From the NCBI GenBank assembly GCA_031398645.1, contig JANNNS010000338.1:1-62719 (forward strand): 62,719 nucleotides of DNA, in the 5' to 3' direction. The stretch is from Acidobacteriota bacterium. Its GTDB lineage: Bacteria > Acidobacteriota > Blastocatellia > Pyrinomonadales > Pyrinomonadaceae. Below the pieces are notes generated by a model. It searched no databases. It saw only the letters and a list, made by a program, of their open reading frames with translations, and was not told the origin of the DNA. This document shows, in pieces, positions 52,361 through 61,074 of this stretch (position 1 is the stretch's first letter; every line of letters begins with the position of its first letter). A program made the translations under genes and the position numbers.

Positions 52361-55300
52361 CTATGGGCAGGTTGCATTTGCCAGCACCATGGCTCCCGCG
52401 TCGTCTATCGACAAGAGCTTGCAGGTAAGGCCATTGGGCGATTTCAGAATGATTCCCTGGCCCGGCGTTCCAACCAGAATGCTGCCCCCAGTGACATCCA
52501 GTTTTGCTTTAGGAGCCGTGGTCCCTATGCCGACGCTCGTGCTGGTTCCGCCGTTGACGCCGGTGACTCCGCCAAGTACAACCGAATTACTCTGACTGAC
52601 AGAGGCATTAGCTCCGATAGCGGTAGCATTTACCAAGCCTCCGGCCGCCACATCTGCCTCGGCACCGATCGCGGTATTTGAGCTGCCGGTGCTGTTCGTG
52701 TTGCCGGCGTTAGTACCAAAGAATGCATTAGATCCTCCAGCGTTCCCCGCACCGTTGCCAACAAAAACACTTCCCGAGGGGTTTGTTCCCAGTACTCGGG
52801 TCGAACCAATATTGAACTGCGATGTCGCGTTAAAGACATCTGCATTCATCGTACCGCCCACCGTTCCGTTGCCGGACACATTGAAATTGCTGGTGGTCTG
52901 CGGCGTGGTCTGGTTAAGGATATACGTCCCTCCAAGACTCGGAATATCGCCGACTGCGAGCGTTCCACTGGTCCATCCTCCCGAACCGTTACCCCTTAGA
53001 AACTGGGTTCCGGTCGATGACGATAATCCGGTTCCGCCGAAGCCGGAGCCAAGCGTTCCGGTTATGTTGTTTGCGGGTATTGAAAAACTACCGTTCAGGG
53101 TTCCGTTGACCGTAAGGTCGCCGCCGACAGTCAGGTCGGTACCCACAACGCCGTTGCCGGTGACATTAAAGTTTGACGCAGCCTGGGGCGAAGCGCTGTT
53201 CTGGATATAGTTCGAGCTTCCTGTTGGCAAGTCCGCCGCCAAAAGAGCCGTCGAGGACCAAGTAGTTCCATTGCTCCGGAGGAAATTGCCGGTCGTACCC
53301 ACGCTGCTTAGGCCCGTGCCACCGTTAGCGGTACCGAGAGTTCCAGTGATGTTCCCGACAGGTACACTGAAGCCGCCAGTTATCGTTCCAGTGACCGTGA
53401 GATTTCCGCCGACGGACAAGTTTGTTCCGACCGCTCCGCTTCCTGCAACGTTAAAGTTCGTCGCTGCCTGCGGTGAGGTTGTGTTCTGAACGTAATGCGT
53501 GCTCCCTAGTGGAACATCGCCTGCGGCAAGAGCCGTCGTAGCGTATCCGGAGCCGGTGCTTCTTAAGAAGTGTCCGCTTGTACCGGCGGAAGTCAGGCCA
53601 GTTCCACCGCGTGCGACGTCCACGAAACCTGTCAAATTATTTGCAGGAACACTGAACGTGCCGTTGATCGTACCGCCAACTGTCAGGCTGCCCCCGATAG
53701 TCCCGTTGCCACCGATATTGAAAGTCGCCCCGGCCTGCGCCGTGCCATTATTCTGGATGTAACTACTCGCTAGGCTTGGAATATCCGAAGCACTTAGTGC
53801 CGCAGTCGTGAAACCAGTTCCCGTACTCTTCAGAAAATGTCCGCTAGTTCCTGCCGAGTTGAGTCCCGTACCGCCGCTAGGAATTCCGAGAATTCCGGTA
53901 ATGCTCGTTGCGGGAACGCTGATAGAACCAGTGATCGTGCCACCGACGTTCAGGTTGCCGCCTATAGTTCCGTTGCCTCCGATGTTGAAAGTTCCACCGA
54001 CCTGCTGTGTGCCGCTGTTCTGTACATAACTGGACGCAAGGCTAGGAATATCTGAAGGGGCGAGAGCAGACGTTGTGAATCCGGTACCGTTGCTCTTGAG
54101 AAAGTGGCCGCTGGTTCCCGCGGAATTCAGGCCCGTGCCGCCGTTCGGTACGCTGACCACGCCGTTGAGATTGGTCGTTGCCAAAGTACCGTTGATCGCT
54201 CCGCCAACGGTGAGGGTGCCACCGATCGTTCCGTTACCGCCCACATTAAAGTTAGCGCCCACCTGCGGGTTGGTCGTATTCTGAACGTAGTTTGCGGCAA
54301 GACTCGGGATGTCAGATGCGAGCAGAGGAGAACTTGTCCAAATAGTTCCGTTGCTCCGTAGAACATTTCCGGTCAAGCCCGACGACGAAACACCCGTTCC
54401 GCCCGCGGCAATTCCAAGTATGCCCGTGATGTTTCCTGCCGGGACGCTGAACGAACCCGTAATAGTCCCCCCAACGCTAAGGTTCCCGCCGATCACGCCG
54501 TTGCCGCCAACGTTAAACGTAGCTCCGGGCTGAAGTCCGGCCCCGTTTTGGATATAGCTATTGCTTCCCGAAGGAATGTCGGAGGCGGTCAATCCCTGAC
54601 TCTGCCATCCCGTCCCGGTGCTTCTGAGGAAGTTTCCCGTAGTTCCCGGGGAGTTTAATCCAGTACCGCCGTTGGCGGCGGCTACAGTTCCGGTCAAGCT
54701 CGTTGCAGGCAGTGTAAATGATGCCGCAGTAAACGTTCCGGTAAGGACCAGGTTTCCCGGGATGCGAACTGTATCCGCCGCACGGCCAAGGACAACAGAA
54801 TCATTGTTGCTTACGGTCGCCCCTGCACCGATAGCCGTTGCGTGAGACAGGTTGCCCGCACCTACATTCGCTCCCGATCCGAGTATCGTATTCGAAAATC
54901 CGGTCGTGTTTGACGCTCCGGCACCGAAACCGACGAATGAGTTGTCATTTCCGGTAGTCGCCGTACCGGCTCCAACAAAGATGTTGCTTGATCCTGCGTT
55001 CGATAAGACGCGGGTTCCTAGAATATTGTATTGAGTGGAGGAATTCACCGAGTTGCCGGCCAGAACGCCTCCGACGGTGCCGTTGCCACTGATGTTAAAG
55101 TTACTCGAAGACTGTACGCCTAGTCCGTTCTGGATGTAGTTCGTATTTCCGGCCGGTAGATCGCCAGCGGCAATTGCGGAACTTACCCAGGCGCTTCCGT
55201 TACTTCGGAGATAATTGCCTGCGGCTCCTGAAGCATTCATACCGGTGCCGCCATTCGCGACGCCGACCGTTCCAGTGAGGTTCGCAGCGTTGACGCTAAA

Positions 55301-57571
55301 GTTATTTGCGATCAAATTGCCATCAACCTGGAGGTTGCCGGGAGCTCTGACCGTGTCGACGTTTCGGCCCAGAACGACGGTGTTGTTTGTACTCACGACC
55401 GAATCCGCACCAACTGCCGTTGCGTATGTAAGGTTATTTCCGCCAACGTTCGCGTTTGATCCGATCACGGTATTGTTGCTGCCGATGGTGTTGGTCTGGC
55501 CAGCCGACACGCCGAAGAAGGCGTTGTTGGTCCCGAGTGTATTTCCGGATCCTGACGATGCTCCGGCAAAGGTATTATTTCCGCCGGAGGATGAGTTCAG
55601 ACCAGAGCCTGAACCGAAGAATGAATTGTTGCCGCCGGCTGTATTACCTGCTCCGGCAGAGCTTCCGAAGAAAGAATTTGAAGTTCCCGTCGTATTGGCA
55701 GTACCCGCAGACAAACCAGAAAAGAGATTCGATCCTGACGCTGCCAGCACCCTCGATCCGCCGATATTGAACTGGGTAGCGGAGTTCACGACGTTCGCCG
55801 AAAGCGTGCCGCCGGCGGTTCCGTTGCCGCTGATGTTAAAGTTGGTCGACCCTTGCTGGATCGTCGTGTTCTGAACGTAGTTCGGGCTGCCAGCGAGGAT
55901 GTCCGCAACAGTCAAGGGCAGGCTCTGCCAATTGGTACCGTCACTTCTTAGAAAGCGTCCAGCCATTCCCGGAGAACTCAATCCGGTTCCGCCGTTTGGC
56001 GTGCCGACGACGCCTGTCAGGTTAGAAGCCGAGATGCTGAGCGTTGCCGCTGTCAGCGTTCCCAGAATGCTCAGGTTGCCCGGTACGCGAACAGTATCCG
56101 CCGGGCGGCCGAGCACCACCGTGTTGCTTGAATTGACGATCGCTTCTGCACCGATGGCCGTGGCATACGAGAGGTTTGTCCCTAACACGTTAGCTTCAGA
56201 ACCGATCACGGTGTTGTTTCGTCCAAGCGTATTAAGCGAACCGGCATTCAACCCGATAAAGACATTGAGTTCGCCAGCCGTATTATCATGTCCCGCCCCG
56301 CGGCCAAGAAAAGTGTTGTTTGCTCCCGAAGTATTGAATCTACCCGCATCCGTACCGAAAAAGGAGTTGTTGCTGGCAGTATTTGTGAAACCCGCTTGCG
56401 CTCCGAAAAAGGAGTTATTTGCGCCGGTTGCATTTGCCTGGCCCGCGTTCGATCCAACGAAAGAATTGTTCGAACCGGTTGTATTAGCCCGGCCTGCGAA
56501 CGAGCCCAGAAACGCATTATCAGCGCCCGTTGAGTTGTCGCGACCGGCCCTCGAGCCAAAGAACGAGTTTCTATTCCCATTGCTGTTAAAGCCGGTCTCG
56601 ATACCAAAAAAGGAATTGTCGGATCCGGTTGAGTTGAAAAAGCCGCTGAATGTTCCGAAGAAGGAGTTGAAGGCTCCCGACGTATTGACCTGTCCGGCTC
56701 GATTACCAAAGAACGAGTTGTCATTGCCCGACGTGTTTCCGTTACCCGCAAAATAGCCGAAGAACGAATTGTTGTTACCGGTGACATTATTCTGACCAGC
56801 GTAAGCCCCGAAGATAGCGTTAAATGAGCCTTGCTTGTTTTCAAAGCCTGCTTTCGCACCGAAAAACGCATTATTCGAGCCTAAGTTCAGAAGGCCAGAT
56901 CCGCCGCCGGCAAAAATATTGTCAGAACCCGCGGCACTGATAAGGTGTGCTCCGCCGAAATTGTAGCTGGCCGTAGCATTGAAGACGTTTGCGGCGCCCG
57001 TGCCTGAGACATTGAAATTGCTTGCTGATTGCAGAGAATTAGTATTCTGGATGTAGCTGGGACTTCCAGGAAGCGGATTTCTAGCGTCAGAGAGGCGCAC
57101 ATCGCTATTAAGAATGTACTGTGCAGCCGCAACACCTCCCAGGGCCTGGGCATTTCCGGCAATCAGGGCTGTCGTTGCCGTGGCTGCCTGTAAACTTTGG
57201 ATAGCATACGGGGCGCTGGATATTTTTTGGCGAGGACCGAGGGTTACCAGCGAGCCAACGCCCGTCCGGCGTACGGCGATCTCAAGGTACCGGTCCTGGC
57301 CGGGAAATCCGTTGGGGCCAAAATCAAGCTTCACCGAAAACACACCGTCGCTAACAGCTACCGGGCTGAGGAATATCTCAGTTCCGATAAGGGTTCCGCC
57401 GGTTAGGGCTCCGTAGAGCCTGAACTCGATATCATAATTGGCATTAGCCGGAAGACCGCTTTCCTTCAGGTTGCCCTGATAGGAAATTTCAGTTGTCTGT
57501 CCCGAAGCGTCGGAGATGCAGAATACTCCGAGCACCAATATGATAAGAACGAGATTTACTACCTTCGTCAT
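52361..57571 (-). CDS. Giant exported fibre/adhesin-like repeat protein (1736 aa) with YadA-head-like repeats and tandem 87-95-aa modules
   Basis: I prefer the ATG at 57571 (MTKVVNLVLIILVLGVFCISDASGQ, a signal peptide) because GGAG lies upstream. The track start at 57661 adds 30 residues with no support. There are four blocks of 14-residue NNSFFG..AG..NT.G repeats, each ending in ATAIGA.A.V...N.VVLGR..DTVR.PGNL (reminiscent of a trimeric-autotransporter head/neck). There are nine copies of a NGGTGL-FLRS-YIQN-FN.GGNG module. The C-terminus reads ...GIGTTAPKAKLDVTGG...LTCKLLSIDDAGAMVLANATCP. I recognised no membrane anchor and no PEP-CTERM, T9SS or LPXTG signal. Confidence 0.85.
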   Translation of the reverse strand: MTKVVNLVLIILVLGVFCISDASGQTTEISYQGNLKESGLPANANYDIEFRLYGALTGGTLIGTEIFLSPVAVSDGVFSVKLDFGPNGFPGQDRYLEIAVRRTGVGSLVTLGPRQKISSAPYAIQSLQAATATTALIAGNAQALGGVAAAQYILNSDVRLSDARNPLPGSPSYIQNTNSLQSASNFNVSGTGAANVFNATASYNFGGAHLISAAGSDNIFAGGGSGLLNLGSNNAFFGAKAGFENKQGSFNAIFGAYAGQNNVTGNNNSFFGYFAGNGNTSGNDNSFFGNRAGQVNTSGAFNSFFGTFSGFFNSTGSDNSFFGIETGFNSNGNRNSFFGSRAGRDNSTGADNAFLGSFAGRANTTGSNNSFVGSNAGQANATGANNSFFGAQAGFTNTASNNSFFGTDAGRFNTSGANNTFLGRGAGHDNTAGELNVFIGLNAGSLNTLGRNNTVIGSEANVLGTNLSYATAIGAEAIVNSSNTVVLGRPADTVRVPGNLSILGTLTAATLSISASNLTGVVGTPNGGTGLSSPGMAGRFLRSDGTNWQSLPLTVADILAGSPNYVQNTTIQQGSTNFNISGNGTAGGTLSANVVNSATQFNIGGSRVLAASGSNLFSGLSAGTANTTGTSNSFFGSSAGAGNTAGGNNSFFGSGSGLNSSSGGNNTFAGASSGSGNTLGTNNAFFGVSAGQTNTIGSNNTVIGSNANVGGNNLTYATAVGADSVVSTNNTVVLGRNVDTVRAPGNLQVDGNLIANNFSVNAANLTGTVGVANGGTGMNASGAAGNYLRSNGSAWVSSAIAAGDLPAGNTNYIQNGLGVQSSSNFNISGNGTVGGVLAGNSVNSSTQYNILGTRVLSNAGSSNIFVGAGTATTGNDNSFVGFGAGASNTTGFSNTILGSGANVGAGNLSHATAIGAGATVSNNDSVVLGRAADTVRIPGNLVLTGTFTAASFTLPATSLTGTVAAANGGTGLNSPGTTGNFLRSTGTGWQSQGLTASDIPSGSNSYIQNGAGLQPGATFNVGGNGVIGGNLSVGGTITGSFSVPAGNITGILGIAAGGTGVSSSGLTGNVLRSNGTIWTSSPLLASDIPSLAANYVQNTTNPQVGANFNVGGNGTIGGTLTVGGAINGTLATTNLNGVVSVPNGGTGLNSAGTSGHFLKSNGTGFTTSALAPSDIPSLASSYVQNSGTQQVGGTFNIGGNGTIGGNLNVGGTITGSISVPATSITGILGIPSGGTGLNSAGTSGHFLKSTGTGFTTAALSASDIPSLASSYIQNNGTAQAGATFNIGGNGTIGGSLTVGGTINGTFSVPANNLTGFVDVARGGTGLTSAGTSGHFLRSTGSGYATTALAAGDVPLGSTHYVQNTTSPQAATNFNVAGSGAVGTNLSVGGNLTVTGTITGGFSVPVGNITGTLGTANGGTGLSSVGTTGNFLRSNGTTWSSTALLAADLPTGSSNYIQNSASPQAASNFNVTGNGVVGTDLTVGGDLTVNGTLNGSFSIPANNITGTLGSGFGGTGLSSSTGTQFLRGNGSGGWTSGTLAVGDIPSLGGTYILNQTTPQTTSNFNVSGNGTVGGTMNADVFNATSQFNIGSTRVLGTNPSGSVFVGNGAGNAGGSNAFFGTNAGNTNSTGSSNTAIGAEADVAAGGLVNATAIGANASVSQSNSVVLGGVTGVNGGTSTSVGIGTTAPKAKLDVTGGSILVGTPGQGIILKSPNGLTCKLLSIDDAGAMVLANATCP
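52830..54700 (-). repeat. Seven tandem coding repeats of about 261-285 nt inside the giant gene
   Basis: The x-GGTG anchor codons fall at about 54673, 54406, 54145, 53878, 53611, 53326 and 53041 on the minus strand, giving periods of 89, 87, 89, 89, 95 and 95 aa. The copies are diverged at the DNA level (e.g. three AGTSGHFL(K/R)S units at about 54100, 53830 and 53565). Confidence 0.7.
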
Positions 57572-57913
57572 TCTTTTTCTCCTTACGGTGAAAGCAATGC
57601 TTCCGTTTTGTTGTTGGGCGTGTCTTTCGAAGTCGTTTGCGGTATGACCGCTACAATACATTTAGCGGCCGAATGGTACTGTATGGGAGCATACATATTC
57701 GTCAGTGCTCACACTGGCGAAAAAGAGCAAACACGCTCCATTCGAGGTGTCGTCCGCTCGCATAAGGTCCGTTACCCTGCGCAAAACGCGGTGACACGCT
57801 CAACATCTTGTATCGAAAATAGACCGAACTCCTTAATTTTTCCAGCTAAATGTCTTTACGTCAAGTCATTTTTTGCACAAGGGGAAAGTAATGGTAGGTA
57901 TGTTAGATTACGC

Positions 57914-57940
57914 ACAAAGGCCACGAATCGCGGCCTTTGT
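57914..57940 (-). terminator. Hairpin downstream of the esterase-TPR gene, a possible terminator
   Basis: ACAAAGGCC-(9-nt loop)-GGCCTTTGT, about 35 nt after the stop at 57974. No clear U-tract. Confidence 0.35.
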
Positions 57941-57973
57941 TGCAAAACACTGTATGTTTCTAACTGTTCGACG

Positions 57974-59107
57974 CTAATCCGGGGTAGATAGTCGATCAAA
58001 ACTCGCTTTGAAGATTTTCGCGAGTTCGGTGTTGCCTTGCTGCTCGGCTAACCTAAAAGCCTTTTCGTAGTTCTTCTTTGCCTGATCACTGGAGCCATTT
58101 TTCTCCAGTGCCTCAGCTAGACTGTCGTAGACATTGGCCGAATTGGGATAAAGCTCGACATTTCGCTTAAAGACTCGGAGCGCGTCGGCGAAATTGTTCT
58201 GTCGCAGAAGGGTGTACCCGACCTGATTCATCAATGTTTCCGGCGGAAGGATGTCATAGCCGTATTTTCTCGAGAGTTCTTTGTAGTGCGATTCAATATC
58301 GCCTACGGTTCCCTCTGCGGGCGGCGGCCATCCGGAGTACACTTTTCTTAGCCCAGACAGGTAGGCTCTCAAGACGATCGAGCCGTGATCTTCATCGTTC
58401 CACACCTGCATTTCATAGTCGAACGCCCCGGAACCGCTCTTCTTGAGCAGGTCTTTCATCGAGTTGAAGCCCTGCACATAATCGGGTTCAGCGCCCAAAG
58501 CAACGAACAACGGCTTCTTTTGTTTTGAGTTTGTCTTTAGAAACTCTTCAGTCCGTTTGACGACGAATCCTTTATCCCAATGAAGCACAGGGCTTGCCGC
58601 AATATATGCGTTGAACAGGTCGGGTTTTGAGGTCGCTGCGTGGAAGACGGTCAACCCGCCTAATGAGTGCCCCGCAAACACTCGATGAGGATGAGTCCGA
58701 TAGCTCTTTTCGATCATCGGGATCACTTCCGTTGACAGGAACTCAAGGAACTTGTCACCGCCTCCGCTTCCCGCCCGATCCGTTTTAGTAGGGGTAAGAT
58801 CGCGGGTTCGATTCGTGTTTTGGATCCCGACCAAGATCATTTCCGGGCTACGACCCGCAAACGCCTGATGTCCGAGTATGCCAGCCATCATGGTCAGGGC
58901 GGGTTCATGGCCGTCCAGCATATACAGAACAGGGAATTTGGCGGTAGGGTCTCGGTAACCTACTGGGACGCGCACCACGACCGATCTTTCCTCGTTCAGG
59001 ACTTTAGACGGGATCACTATGCGGAGAAGTTCCTGAGCGTAGGTCGAGAGAGGACTGGATGCTAAGCCAAGTATTAGCAAAACAACGGCGCCAAGTATTC
59101 GTTTCAT
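57974..59107 (-). CDS. Exported alpha/beta-hydrolase (putative-esterase / enterochelin-esterase-like family) fused to C-terminal TPR repeats
   Basis: Signal peptide. FPVLYMLDGH and nucleophile elbow FAGHSLGG. The C-terminal ~110 aa are TPR-like (ADALRVFKRNVELYPNSANVYDSLAEALEKNGSSDQAKKNYEKAFRLAEQQGN). Confidence 0.8.
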   Translation of the reverse strand: MKRILGAVVLLILGLASSPLSTYAQELLRIVIPSKVLNEERSVVVRVPVGYRDPTAKFPVLYMLDGHEPALTMMAGILGHQAFAGRSPEMILVGIQNTNRTRDLTPTKTDRAGSGGGDKFLEFLSTEVIPMIEKSYRTHPHRVFAGHSLGGLTVFHAATSKPDLFNAYIAASPVLHWDKGFVVKRTEEFLKTNSKQKKPLFVALGAEPDYVQGFNSMKDLLKKSGSGAFDYEMQVWNDEDHGSIVLRAYLSGLRKVYSGWPPPAEGTVGDIESHYKELSRKYGYDILPPETLMNQVGYTLLRQNNFADALRVFKRNVELYPNSANVYDSLAEALEKNGSSDQAKKNYEKAFRLAEQQGNTELAKIFKASFDRLSTPD

Positions 59108-59398
59108 AATGAAGATCCTTTATGGACGGTAGATTCTCTAAGGATAAACGGACGACCTGGTCAACACAGTCCGTCAAAGATTTCGATGCGCCGCGATCCG
59201 TTTACGGTGCTTAACGCACGCTGCAAAATTCGCAAATTGCGTCAATTGAGTGTACGGATATCGTTCACTTTTGTTTCAGGACAGTACTCAATGAATTCGA
59301 GAAATAGTAGGTAACTCTATTAAAAGCATCAGGTTGGTCGCTGGCACGCTCATTGCCTATCACTATGGTAGAGCTTTTGAAGATTCTGGAGGAGAAAA

Positions 59399-59611
59399 AT
59401 GTCAAAGCAAGTTGTCACCATCGATGGTCAGGAAACGGTCGTACGCGAAGATACGGCAAAAGCGTTTCGAGGCGTTCATTGGGCACTACTTAGTATTGCC
59501 GCATTTATTTTGATAGCGGCGCTTTTATTTGTAGGAGGCTTTTTGAAGCTGGCGTCAGATGGAAAAATCGATAACGCTCCGCCACAATCGGAGCGGGCAC
59601 CGGGGAGGTAG
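59399..59611 (+). CDS. Small single-pass membrane protein (70 aa), hypothetical
   Basis: Strong SD GGAGGAG about 5 nt before the ATG. One TM segment (WALLSIAAFILIAALLFVGGFL). Its own terminator lies at 59691-59722. Confidence 0.55.
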   Translation: MSKQVVTIDGQETVVREDTAKAFRGVHWALLSIAAFILIAALLFVGGFLKLASDGKIDNAPPQSERAPGR

Positions 59612-59690
59612 TACATTTTGTTATTGCGGCTGCATTGAACAAGGGGTAGATCAAGGGGGAAGTGCAGCAGTTTTGTCCTAGAGACGTATT

Positions 59691-59722
59691 GGCGTTCTGT
59701 ATTTTAGAACGCCTATTTTTGT
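59691..59722 (+). terminator. Rho-independent terminator after the small membrane-protein gene
   Basis: GGCGTTCT-gtatttt-AGAACGCC followed by TATTTTTGT. Confidence 0.65.
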
Positions 59723-59776
59723 ACGCGGGTTACGCTGTGCCTTGATTGTGGCGGGAGGCTAACATAACCTAAAACC

Positions 59777-60853
59777 ATGATCATTCTCGGGATCGAGAGT
59801 TCGTGTGATGAGACCGCAGCTGCCGTGATCGAAGATGGCAGTTTGATCCGGTCGTCTGAGATCTATTCGCAGATCGATATGCACAAGCCCTATGGCGGAG
59901 TAGTTCCGGAACTCGCCTCGAGGGAGCATCTGGAAAGAATTCAAGCCATAGTTGAAAGAGCTATTTCTCAGGCAGGTATTGATATTGGTGGAATAGACGC
60001 CGTAGCGGTCACTCAAGGCCCGGGCCTGATCGGTTCTTTATTGGTTGGTGTCTCATTCGCAAAGGCATTGGCGTTCGGGCTCGGAATTCCATGCATTGGT
60101 GTTAACCACATCGAGGGCCATGTTTATTCCGTCATCTTCGATAATCCGCCGGTCGAATATCCTGCACTGGCATTGATCGTTTCAGGCGGCCACACGAACT
60201 TGTTTCAGATTCCGGCAGAAGGCGTCTACAAGGTCGTTTCGCGGACGCGGGACGATGCGGCAGGTGAGGCGTTCGACAAGGTAGCGAAAATGCTCGGGCT
60301 TGGCTATCCGGGCGGACCGCTGATCGAAAAGGCTGCAAAGAATGGCGACCATAAAGCAATTAAATTCCCGAAGGCCAAAATATCCGACGGCCGCCCGGAT
60401 TTCAGTTTCAGCGGCGTGAAAACCGCGGTCTCGAGATACATAAAGGAGAACGGGCTTCAGCCGATCGAGCCCGGACGTGAGCCGGGAAAGGCTCTGAACG
60501 ATGTCGCGGCCAGTTTTCAGTCGACGGTGGTCGAATCCTTGGTCGGCACAATGCGAAGGGTCGCAATGGAGGTCCAGCCGCGAACCCTCATTGTCGCAGG
60601 CGGAGTCGCATGTAACCTGGCTCTTCGCGAGCGGGCGGGGCAGTTGGCCGTAGAACTGGGCATTCCTGTATATTTTCCGTCGAAACATTTGTCAACCGAC
60701 AATGCGGCAATGATAGCGGCCGCGGGTTACGCACATCTTGTTCGCGGTGAGACGTCGGATCTTTCTATGAGTGCTGACGTAACTCTGCGGCTCCAAAACT
60801 ACGAGAACGAGGATGCCTTACTGAAAAAAAGGGGTGTAACCTACCGCCTATAA
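59777..60853 (+). CDS. tsaD: tRNA N6-adenosine threonylcarbamoyltransferase
   Basis: MIILGIESSCDETAAAVIEDG..., VNHIEGH, GPGLIGSLLVG, GGVACN; canonical Kae1/TsaD. Confidence 0.95.
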   Translation: MIILGIESSCDETAAAVIEDGSLIRSSEIYSQIDMHKPYGGVVPELASREHLERIQAIVERAISQAGIDIGGIDAVAVTQGPGLIGSLLVGVSFAKALAFGLGIPCIGVNHIEGHVYSVIFDNPPVEYPALALIVSGGHTNLFQIPAEGVYKVVSRTRDDAAGEAFDKVAKMLGLGYPGGPLIEKAAKNGDHKAIKFPKAKISDGRPDFSFSGVKTAVSRYIKENGLQPIEPGREPGKALNDVAASFQSTVVESLVGTMRRVAMEVQPRTLIVAGGVACNLALRERAGQLAVELGIPVYFPSKHLSTDNAAMIAAAGYAHLVRGETSDLSMSADVTLRLQNYENEDALLKKRGVTYRL

Positions 60854-61074
60854 AAAGTCTTGCGTTTATCGAAGTCCAGCCGATACAATTAAGTAAACAC
60901 CCTCGGGCGCCCACCCAAACAGGGATATCACGAAAGCGAGAGCTTTTTAGTAACTTACATTTAGCCACGACTTTGACACGCATTACCTCGGCCGCCGACC
61001 TGCTGACGACCGCGGAATGTCCAAAATCCTCTAAGACTTAACGCGTTTTGAATCTGAACTTGAAGGAACGATCT

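Noticed and set aside
52830-54700. Regularly spaced repeats of about 261-285 nt that could superficially suggest a CRISPR or satellite array.
   Set aside because: The period is far too long for CRISPR and the repeats are diverged. They sit in one continuous reading frame that encodes a repeated protein module, and there are no cas genes.
52389-57416. Many long plus-strand ORFs inside the giant gene (e.g. 52689..53210, 55215..55874, 55899..56756) with Pro/Val/Leu-rich periodic translations.
   Set aside because: They are antisense shadows of the highly repetitive Gly/Asn/Thr/Ser-coding minus-strand frame. They have no starts with an SD and no motifs. The 5.2-kb minus-strand frame is uninterrupted and has a signal peptide and an SD.
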